A DNA stretch of 46,353 nt from an uncultured Candidatus Saccharibacteria bacterium (lineage in GTDB: Bacteria; Patescibacteriota; Minisyncoccia; Phycocordibacterales; Zambryskibacteraceae). The notes beneath the pieces were generated by a model. The model ran no database searches, was not told where the DNA came from, and worked only from the letters and a program-made list of their open reading frames with translations. Positions 1-7,144 of the stretch are shown here, in pieces. Location: contig CAYVDB010000005.1 in assembly GCA_964450705.1 (NCBI GenBank), forward strand, positions 1 to 46,353, written 5' to 3'. The stretch's first letter is position 1. Each line of letters begins with the position of its first letter. Both the position numbers and the translations under genes were made by a program.

Positions 1-1
1 G

Positions 2-1906
2 CTACATGCTTACGACAGGGACTGTTTAAAAGAAAGCGATGGAGGATGGAAAATATCTGTTAGAAAAGCTCGAAATGGGGAAAGTGTTGTTGCTCTTGAT
101 GGTAATCAGTATTTCTTGGAAGAAACTGATCTTGTCATCACTGATGGAAATACAGATAGCCCCATTGGTATTGCTGGAGTAAAGGGCGGTAAACAAAGTG
201 AGATATCAAAAAATACGAAAAATATTATTCTAGAGGCGGCAAACTTTGATTCGGTATTAATACGAACTACAGCGAAAAGGCTAGGACTCAGGACTGACGC
301 TTCAGTTCGCTTTGAAAATGCAATTACTCCAGAGCTCACTATGGCCGCTCTCGACATGGCGACTTCTCTTATTTTTTCAGTTGCCCAAGGAGACACTCAA
401 GATAAACATCTGCACGCTGAAGGCGCTTGTGACGTATACCCTCGAAGGCCGTCTTTGTATAAAGTGGGGGTATCACTTTCTGAAATAGAAAATATTCTTG
501 GTGTTGGTCTTCAAAATAAGCAGGTGGAAGATATTCTCAAACGCAGAGGATATGAATGGAGTTATGTAAAGCCTAGAGAGATAATAGCTTCTCTAGCGGA
601 GACATTAATTGATGCGCCCTATAAATATGGGGCAAGCGTTGTGTATGATTCTCCTAAAACCTTTGATTGTTCATCTTTATCCAGTTTTCTTTATGCTCAA
701 GCAGGGATTGCTATTCCAAGAGTTTCGATTGAACAGTTTCTTTTTGGTGAAGAAGTTCAAGAAAATGATCTGATGCCAGGTGATCTTGTATTTGCTAAAG
801 GGGCAAAGCCTTACTTTTTTAAAGAAGAGCCTCGCGGAGTTGGCCATGTGGGTATTTATATTGGGAATGGAGAAATTATTCATGCTGCAGGGAGCGCGCA
901 CGGTAATCGTGTTCGGAAAGAAAAACTCAAAGAGTCGTCCTCTTTTGATGGAGATTCTTTTAGAGGATTTCGAAGACTTATTAGAAATGAAGAAGGTCGT
1001 TTTGTAGTTACCGTTCCTGCTGAGCGTCTTGATCTCCGAATTAAAGAAGATCTTATTGAAGAAATAGGGAGGATATATGGATATGAAAATCTTAAATCAA
1101 AAGCGATTTCTTTACCTGAGACAATTCTAGAAATTCACAAAAAAACCTACTACGAGGGATTAGTGAGAAAGTTTTTTGCTGAACGAGGTTTCTCTGAAGT
1201 AATTACTTATGCATTCCAGGGAACCGGGGATATTGAAATTCAAAATCCGATTGCAGGAGATAAAAGTTTTCTGCGGAGTTCTCTTGCTATCGGTCTTAAT
1301 AGTGCGCTCGAGATAAATTCTAAAAATATAGATCTCCTTGGGCTTTCACAAGTTAGATTATTTGAGATTGGAAACATTTTTAAGAAAAATGATGAGTATA
1401 CAGCTCTTGGGTTTGGTATGAGAGATCATAAAGGAACCGCCATCTTAAACATAGAAGAGTTAGTCTCGGAACTTTCTAAGCTTCTCCAAGCACCTATTAA
1501 TTTTAGTGAAGTGGATGGGATATTTGAATTGAACTTTACTAAACTACTTGAATCGCTCGAGACCCCTGTTGAGTGCCTGAGATATGAAAAAAGCTTAGAT
1601 GATGTGAAATATAAAGAATATTCTCGATACCCGGCAATTTTTAGGGATATTGCGGTGTTTATTCCAGAAAGTGCTGATTCTGAGCAGATCATTGAAGTGG
1701 TAAAAAGAGAAGCGGGTTTGCTTTTGGTGAACTATAGATTGTTTGATGTTTTCACTAAGGAATTTTCTGAAGGGAAGAAAACCTCATACGCGTATAAGTT
1801 AGTATTTCAGTCTATGGAAAAGACACTTTCTGATGATGAAATAAATCCTATTATGGATCGTATTACCAAGACACTTAATGAAAAAGCTGGCTGGAACGTA
1901 AGATGA
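2..1906 (+). CDS. pheT: Phenylalanine-tRNA ligase beta subunit (5'-truncated at the window edge) carrying an inserted NlpC/P60 domain
   Basis: The frame is open from nt 2 (LHAYDRD...). It shows B3/4 motifs (IAGVKGG, IILEAANFD, RTDASVRFE), a B5 domain split by an insert (VPAERLDLRIKEDLIEEIGRIYGY), a catalytic-like core (NPIAGDKSFLRSSL, RLFEIG) and a C-terminal FDX-ACB domain (SRYPAIFRDIAV, LFDVF, KTLSDDEIN). Confidence 0.95.
   Translation, partial: LHAYDRDCLKESDGGWKISVRKARNGESVVALDGNQYFLEETDLVITDGNTDSPIGIAGVKGGKQSEISKNTKNIILEAANFDSVLIRTTAKRLGLRTDASVRFENAITPELTMAALDMATSLIFSVAQGDTQDKHLHAEGACDVYPRRPSLYKVGVSLSEIENILGVGLQNKQVEDILKRRGYEWSYVKPREIIASLAETLIDAPYKYGASVVYDSPKTFDCSSLSSFLYAQAGIAIPRVSIEQFLFGEEVQENDLMPGDLVFAKGAKPYFFKEEPRGVGHVGIYIGNGEIIHAAGSAHGNRVRKEKLKESSSFDGDSFRGFRRLIRNEEGRFVVTVPAERLDLRIKEDLIEEIGRIYGYENLKSKAISLPETILEIHKKTYYEGLVRKFFAERGFSEVITYAFQGTGDIEIQNPIAGDKSFLRSSLAIGLNSALEINSKNIDLLGLSQVRLFEIGNIFKKNDEYTALGFGMRDHKGTAILNIEELVSELSKLLQAPINFSEVDGIFELNFTKLLESLETPVECLRYEKSLDDVKYKEYSRYPAIFRDIAVFIPESADSEQIIEVVKREAGLLLVNYRLFDVFTKEFSEGKKTSYAYKLVFQSMEKTLSDDEINPIMDRITKTLNEKAGWNVR
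570..1000 (+). other. NlpC/P60 (papain-like cell-wall peptidase) domain inserted in frame in PheT B5; boundaries approximate
   Basis: Motifs APYKYG, FDCSSL (Cys codon 668-670), IPRVSIEQ, LMPGDLVF and GHVGIYIGNGEIIHA (His codons 845-847 and 881-883). Confidence 0.92.
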
Positions 1907-2472
1907 TTCACGCTGTACCATTTATTTCCCAGTTTGACGAAACTTCGCGATCCGAATGGAAGGCTAGGTCTTGCAGTGTTGCATGTCTTTTAATGGCAAT
2001 TTCTTTTATAAGAAACGAGAGCGTCTCTCTCGACGATCTCATCGATGAAGCGCTTCTTGTTAAAGGATGGACCCCTCTCGGATGGACTCACGATGCGCTT
2101 ACGATTGTTGCTCATAATCATGGCGTTGCTGCATATCGCGAGGAGTTTCGTTCGCTCCGGGCCGATGTCAGTACAGGAACATTTTCTCCAAGTGTTTTTG
2201 CCGAAGAACTTTTAAGGTATGGTACAAACAAAATAGTCTCTCATATTGAACAAGGAGGTGTTGTTATAGCTTCTATTCATCGAGATTGGAAAACAAGTGA
2301 AAATTTCCATACTGTATTAATCATTGGTTTTGAAAAAAATGAGCGTGGATTAGCCGGTTTTTATTATCATGATCCTGACACAGAGAAGGAAATGAGAGAG
2401 AATAAATATATTTCACTGTCTGATTTTCTCTTAGGCTGGAGGAAGATGGCTGTATTTTTGGGAAAGGTATGA
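1903..2472 (+). CDS. C39-like (papain-fold) cysteine peptidase family protein
   Basis: Motifs VPFISQ..., SCSVACLLMA, FHTVLIIGF and YYHDP give the Q/C/H/D pattern of C39-like peptidases. The start overlaps the pheT stop (ATGA). Confidence 0.75.
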   Translation: MIHAVPFISQFDETSRSEWKARSCSVACLLMAISFIRNESVSLDDLIDEALLVKGWTPLGWTHDALTIVAHNHGVAAYREEFRSLRADVSTGTFSPSVFAEELLRYGTNKIVSHIEQGGVVIASIHRDWKTSENFHTVLIIGFEKNERGLAGFYYHDPDTEKEMRENKYISLSDFLLGWRKMAVFLGKV

Positions 2473-2578
2473 CCCCGTTAGAAGTCTCACTCATATCTAG
2501 AGGCACGTAAGTTCGTCTATCTCATTAAGCTTTATATAAATTAAGAAGAAAAAAAGTTTGTTCGAATTTCTAATGTGG
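2473..2578. repeat. Possible degenerate MITE-like element bounded by imperfect inverted repeats
   Basis: CCCCGTTAGAA at 2473-2483 versus TTCTAATGTGG at 2568-2578 (9/11 inverted match), with a non-coding interior. Confidence 0.3.
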
Positions 2579-2583
2579 CAAAG

Positions 2584-2611
2584 AAAAAGGCCCGTATAAG
2601 TTATACGGGCC
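2584..2611 (-). terminator. Intrinsic terminator for the 2620-2880 ORF
   Basis: GGCCCGTATAA-G-TTATACGGGCC perfect inverted repeat, with an A-tract on the left that gives a U-tail on the minus strand. Confidence 0.8.
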
Positions 2612-2619
2612 CTGAAGCT

Positions 2620-2880
2620 TCACCGTGTCGGGAGATGCTGAAGCACTTGCCGCCTACTCCTCACTTGGAGGAGGGCGGTTCGCCACTCTCCTCGCCACTT
2701 GGCGAGCTCCTGCTCGAATTCGACGCCACCTCCGTGGACAGCGATTGGCCATGCTCGCTCATTGTAGAGCGTGCCGAGCCGATTCTCGCGTTTCCACAGG
2801 AGTTTTGTCACCATCAGATACGAGAGCGTTGCGAGAACCAGCCCGAGGGCGAAAATTCCAAACTTAGTGAGCATCTCCAT
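2620..2880 (-). CDS. Small orphan protein with one N-terminal TM helix (cassette 1)
   Basis: Hydrophobic FGIFALGLVLATLSYLMV; bounded by a consensus promoter upstream and a terminator just past the stop. Confidence 0.65.
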   Translation of the reverse strand: MEMLTKFGIFALGLVLATLSYLMVTKLLWKRENRLGTLYNERAWPIAVHGGGVEFEQELAKWRGEWRTALLQVRSRRQVLQHLPTR

Positions 2881-2920
2881 TTTTGTGGGCGATAGAGGTT
2901 GGAAGGGGCGATCTTTTCCT

Positions 2921-2948
2921 ATTATATCATATATATTATACTTGTCAA
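2921..2948 (-). promoter_or_regulatory. Sigma70 consensus promoter for cassette 1
   Basis: Minus strand TTGACA-16 nt-TATAAT with an extended -10 TG. Confidence 0.8.
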
Positions 2949-3081
2949 TACAATATATTTAACCGGGTTTTTTCTTTGTTTTTACTCCAAAATATTGCTA
3001 TAATAAAGCCCTTAATATTGTTTCTTTAGATAATGTATCCGATCTAAAATGGATACATTATTTATTCCCAAATATTTCCGC

Positions 3082-5133
3082 ATGGCAGAGGAAAAGAAGA
3101 AGAAAAGTGGATATAGCGCTGAGGATATTCAGGTCCTTGAAGGTCTTGATCCTGTCCGAAAACGCCCTGGAATGTATATCGGTACTACTGGCCCAGACGG
3201 CCTTCACCATCTTATTTGGGAGGTATTTGATAACTCTAGAGATGAAGCGATGGGCGGGTTTGCAAACGATATTGAAGTAACGCTTCTTCCTGACAGCCAT
3301 ATCAGAGTGGTTGATAACGGTCGTGGTATCCCGGTTGACGTACATAAACAGACAAAAGTCTCTGCGCTCGAGACCATAATGACGACGCTTCACGCCGGTG
3401 GGAAATTTGGCGGAGAAGGGTATAAGGTTTCAGGAGGCCTTCATGGAGTCGGCGCATCAGTCGTCAACGCTCTTTCGCTTTATACTCGAGCAGAAGTTCA
3501 TCGTGATGGTGGGCGTTTTGTTCAAGAATATAGTAAAGGAAAAAAGAAAGGAGCTGTCAAAAAGATCGAATCTTCGAAAAAGAATGGGACTATTATTACT
3601 TTTCGCCCAGATGAAGAAATATTCCCAGATATCAATTTTGATTTCAATCGAGTAGTAAACCATCTTCGTCAGCAAGCTTATTTGGTAAAAGGGTTACGTA
3701 TTTCTGTGATTGACGCTCGTAAACTAACCGGCCTTAAACACACAGATTGTTTCTACCTTCGCGAGCTTCATCCAGACGCTCCTTCGATGACTTTTTACTT
3801 TGAGGGGGGGCTTCTTTCTTTGGTTAAGTTTTATAATTCGCTTCAAAAGCCAATCCATAAAAATATTTTTTATGTTGAGAAGAAAAGCAACGACTATGAA
3901 TCGGTTGAAGTAAGTTTGCAATATGTAGATGATATTTCTTCTCGCATTGTTCCTTTTGCGAACAATATCTATAACTCTGAAGGGGGAACCCATGTTACTG
4001 GCTTTAAGACTGCTCTTACCAGAAGCCTTAATGCATATGCCCGTAAGAATAACCTTGTAAAGGAAAGCGAGGATAATTTTACTGGAGATGATGTGTTGGA
4101 AGGTCTCACCGCTGTAATATCAGTTAAGATCAGAGAAATCCAATTTGAAGGCCAAACTAAAGCCAAACTTGGGACAGTTGAAGCAAGGTCTCTTGTTGAG
4201 TCTATATTCGGAGATACCTTCGCTACTTTTCTTGAAGAAAATCCTGACGATGCTCGAGCAATCATAAACAAAGTTGTTTTAGCTCTTAAGGCGCGAAAAG
4301 CAGCTAAAGCTGCAAAAGATTCGGTATTGCGCAAGGGCGCTCTTGAAGGGATGACGCTCCCCGGTAAACTTGCTGATTGTCAGTCAAAATCTGCAGAGGA
4401 ATCCGAACTCTTTATTGTGGAGGGAGATTCAGCTGGTGGTACTGCGAAAATGGGTAGAGACAGAAGAATTCAAGCAGTACTTCCACTTCGTGGAAAAATT
4501 TTGAATATTGAGAGGGCTCGTCTTGATCGTATGCTTGCGTCTGAACAGATCAAGAATCTTGTTGTTGCCTTGGGTACTGCAATTGGAGATACTTTTGATA
4601 TTTCAAAACTCCGTTATCACAAAATAATTATTGCAACCGATGCCGATGTTGATGGGGCCCATATTAGGACGCTTCTCCTTACTCTTATTTATCGATTCTT
4701 TAGACCTTTGATTGATGCTGGGAATGTCTATATTGCACAACCTCCACTTTATAAAATTAAAAAAGGGAAGGAGTTATTTTATGCTTATTCAGATGATGAA
4801 AAGCATTCAATTGTAGGTATAGGAGATGTTTCAGAGACGACTGAAGTAGAAGAAGATGCTGAAATTGAAAATGAAGACGAAAAAGAAGAAGAAAAAGATT
4901 CTAAAAAGAAAAACGCCAAAATCTCTATCCAAAGATATAAAGGTCTTGGAGAAATGAACGCGGAAGAATTGTGGGAGACAACTATGGATCCGGAGCGCCG
5001 TATTTTAAAACAAGTTTCAGTTTTGGATGCTCAGGAAGCGGATAAGATATTTGATGTGCTTATGGGAACAGATGTTCCATCTCGAAAAACATTTATTCAG
5101 TCGAATGCGAAGCTCGCGAATCTAGATGTATAA
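3082..5133 (+). CDS. gyrB: DNA gyrase subunit B
   Basis: Motifs VRKRPGMYIG, DNGRGIP, GGLHGVG, EGDSAGG, DADVDG and QRYKGLGEM. Start taken at MAEEKK (3082). Confidence 0.97.
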   Translation: MAEEKKKKSGYSAEDIQVLEGLDPVRKRPGMYIGTTGPDGLHHLIWEVFDNSRDEAMGGFANDIEVTLLPDSHIRVVDNGRGIPVDVHKQTKVSALETIMTTLHAGGKFGGEGYKVSGGLHGVGASVVNALSLYTRAEVHRDGGRFVQEYSKGKKKGAVKKIESSKKNGTIITFRPDEEIFPDINFDFNRVVNHLRQQAYLVKGLRISVIDARKLTGLKHTDCFYLRELHPDAPSMTFYFEGGLLSLVKFYNSLQKPIHKNIFYVEKKSNDYESVEVSLQYVDDISSRIVPFANNIYNSEGGTHVTGFKTALTRSLNAYARKNNLVKESEDNFTGDDVLEGLTAVISVKIREIQFEGQTKAKLGTVEARSLVESIFGDTFATFLEENPDDARAIINKVVLALKARKAAKAAKDSVLRKGALEGMTLPGKLADCQSKSAEESELFIVEGDSAGGTAKMGRDRRIQAVLPLRGKILNIERARLDRMLASEQIKNLVVALGTAIGDTFDISKLRYHKIIIATDADVDGAHIRTLLLTLIYRFFRPLIDAGNVYIAQPPLYKIKKGKELFYAYSDDEKHSIVGIGDVSETTEVEEDAEIENEDEKEEEKDSKKKNAKISIQRYKGLGEMNAEELWETTMDPERRILKQVSVLDAQEADKIFDVLMGTDVPSRKTFIQSNAKLANLDV

Positions 5134-5159
5134 AAAAATGACTCCCTTTCGGGAGTCAT
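5133..5159. terminator. Hairpin terminator between convergent gyrB and cassette 2
   Basis: ATGACTCCC-TTTC-GGGAGTCAT preceded by an A-tract. Confidence 0.8.
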
Positions 5160-5171
5160 GTCTTGTGCGCA

Positions 5172-5384
5172 CTACGACACCTGCTCGAAATTGCAGGCCG
5201 GATGCCAGGAACCACCTTCTTCGAGGGAAATCATCCAACGTCCACGCTTGTGAATGATTCCCCGCACGAGATGTGGGGACGCTCCAGGAATGGAGACGTT
5301 TCTGCGAACCACCTCCTGTCCGATCTGAAAGGGCTGGGCCTGAAGTTCTTCCGGCGAGCTTTCAAGCGGCGTGTCAGCAAGCAT
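5172..5384 (-). CDS. Small orphan protein, possibly a small beta-barrel (cassette 2)
   Basis: GGAGG SD at 5394-5398 (minus), own promoter and terminator. PFQIGQEV...WMISLEEG alternation suggests beta strands. Confidence 0.7.
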   Translation of the reverse strand: MLADTPLESSPEELQAQPFQIGQEVVRRNVSIPGASPHLVRGIIHKRGRWMISLEEGGSWHPACNFEQVS

Positions 5385-5418
5385 GCTTCACTTCCTCCAA
5401 GAAAAGGGTCCGCTACAA

Positions 5419-5447
5419 AGCATATAATTATGTTCCTTAGATGTCAA
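5419..5447 (-). promoter_or_regulatory. Sigma70-like promoter for cassette 2
   Basis: TTGACA-17 nt-TATGCT on the minus strand. Confidence 0.7.
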
Positions 5448-5455
5448 TTTAGAGA

Positions 5456-6694
5456 TTATTTTCTTGCGTCTATTTCCTCTCTGATTGATATTAAGAAGTT
5501 CTCTAATGATGCTATCTCTTTAGTATCACTTCCTCTTTTTTCTACGCTTACCGAGGAATCTTCCTTTTCTCTGTCTCCAACAACAAGGATATAAGGGATT
5601 TTCTCCACTTTTGCAGTACGTATTCTCTTTCCTAGGTTCTCGTTTGAATCGTCTATTTCAACACGAACATTTTGGGTTTTCAGTTCGGTGCATATTTTTT
5701 TCGCATATTCTTTTTGATCGTCACTTACAGGGAGAATCACAACTTGTGTAGGCGAGAGCCATGTAGGGAATGCCCCAGCATATTTTTCAATGAGAAATGC
5801 GACAATACGCTCAATTGCACCAATTGAAGAGCGATGAACTACAAATGCTCGTTTTTTCTCTCCATCAGGCCCAATATATGATAGGTCAAAGCGATCCGGC
5901 ATACAGAAGTCGTATTGTACAGTAAACGCAGTATCTTCTTTGCCGTTTACATTCTTCATCTGAATATCAATCTTTGGACCGTAAAATGCCGCTTCATCAC
6001 GTGCCTCTTCAAATGAGCTTCCTCTTTCTTCCATGAGTTTTCTTAACAATCCTTCTCCTTTTTCCCAAGCAGCATCATTTTTGTAGTATTTTTCCGTATT
6101 AGCTCTATCTCCAAGGGAAAGTCTGTATCGATAATCTGTATTTAGTTTTAAACCAAATACAGATGTTACATATTCAATGAGATCAAGTGCGTGGCCTATC
6201 TCTTCTACGGCTTGTTCCTCGGAAGCACAGATAATGTGCGCATCTGCAAGGCAGAATGTTCTGACTCTTTGGAGGCCCATAAGCTCACCTGATTGTTCGT
6301 ATCTATAAAGTTGCGCGAGTTCTGCAATTCTCATGGGTAGATCCCGATAGCTGTGGGGTTTTGAAAGATAGAGTTCAAAATGATGGGGGCATGTCATGGG
6401 GCGAAGCATAAACTCTTCGTCGTCTATAACAATAGGCGCATACATTGATTCTTTGTAGTGCGGATAGTGGCCCGATTTCTTATAAAGATCGAGCTTAGCA
6501 ATATCAGGTGTTATCACATGGAGATATCCACGACGGATTTCTTCGTCAGTAATAAATCGTTCAAGTTCTCTTCGAATTGTTGCTCCCTTGGGAAGCCACA
6601 AAGGAAGTCCTTTTCCTACCGTGTCGCTAAAAGTAAATAATTCAAGCTCTTTTCCTAAGCGTTTATGGTCGGGTTTTTCTTCTGCATGTTCCAT
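5456..6694 (-). CDS. thrS: Threonine-tRNA ligase, short form lacking the N-terminal TGS and editing domains
   Basis: Motifs DHKRLGKELELF, LRPMTCPHH, YRYEQSG, AAFYGPKID and HRSSIGAIER, plus the anticodon domain. Probable start MEHAEEK at 6694, with TACCAT 7 nt upstream. Confidence 0.95.
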   Translation of the reverse strand: MEHAEEKPDHKRLGKELELFTFSDTVGKGLPLWLPKGATIRRELERFITDEEIRRGYLHVITPDIAKLDLYKKSGHYPHYKESMYAPIVIDDEEFMLRPMTCPHHFELYLSKPHSYRDLPMRIAELAQLYRYEQSGELMGLQRVRTFCLADAHIICASEEQAVEEIGHALDLIEYVTSVFGLKLNTDYRYRLSLGDRANTEKYYKNDAAWEKGEGLLRKLMEERGSSFEEARDEAAFYGPKIDIQMKNVNGKEDTAFTVQYDFCMPDRFDLSYIGPDGEKKRAFVVHRSSIGAIERIVAFLIEKYAGAFPTWLSPTQVVILPVSDDQKEYAKKICTELKTQNVRVEIDDSNENLGKRIRTAKVEKIPYILVVGDREKEDSSVSVEKRGSDTKEIASLENFLISIREEIDARK

Positions 6695-6732
6695 ATTATG
6701 TATGGTATCAGTTGAGAGAAATCTTTTCAAAA

Positions 6733-6761
6733 TTGACTTTTAAGGCTAGGTCTTTTACCCT
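6733..6761 (+). promoter_or_regulatory. Sigma70-like promoter for cassette 3
   Basis: TTGACT-17 nt-TACCCT. Confidence 0.6.
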
Positions 6762-6799
6762 CTAAAAAGAGTTCAGTCACTAACCCAAAAGGAATCTTT

Positions 6800-7126
6800 A
6801 TGACAAGCCTCTCGCTGATGCCCCGTGAAGATATGGAGCGAATATGTTTAAAGCTCCTAGTATTTGCTCTTCAAGTGCCTCCGCTCCATATCGCGAATCA
6901 TCAAGTTGGGAGAGAACGCACCGTGCTTCTTCCTGTTTTGGTCGGGTTTGCGCATAGATTCCAGGCGCTTCTTCAAGAGCATGGACTTGAGGTAGCGAAA
7001 GAGATCGGCGTCTCTCCACGTGATCTTCAGTGGTTTTGCGATAGCCTCGAGGCGTCTTTGGGGGATCGAGATGCTAGATTATTCCAATCAAGATCGATTG
7101 CTGGCTCCGGACACCCGCTTGTTTAG
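6800..7126 (+). CDS. Small orphan protein (cassette 3)
   Basis: AAGGA SD-like sequence at 6789-6793, own promoter, and a terminator overlapping the stop. No family recognised. Confidence 0.65.
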   Translation: MTSLSLMPREDMERICLKLLVFALQVPPLHIANHQVGRERTVLLPVLVGFAHRFQALLQEHGLEVAKEIGVSPRDLQWFCDSLEASLGDRDARLFQSRSIAGSGHPLV

Positions 7127-7138
7127 CGGGTGTTTTTT
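7111..7138 (+). terminator. Intrinsic terminator
   Basis: ACACCCGCT...AGCGGGTGT followed by a T-tract; convergent with the dnaE end. Confidence 0.8.
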
Positions 7139-7144
7139 AAATTT

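Noticed and set aside
2575-2895. Plus-strand ORFs 2575-2895 and 2625-2867
   Set aside because: They are shadows of the GC-rich minus-strand ORF. The promoter and terminator both point to the minus strand, and 2575-2895 runs through the terminator.
3082-5133. gyrB without an adjacent gyrA; possible parE
   Set aside because: Unlinked gyrA and gyrB is common and the sequence reads as ordinary GyrB.
5163-5594. 143-aa plus-strand ORF
   Set aside because: It overlaps thrS and cassette 2 antisense, crosses the cassette promoter and has no initiation signal.
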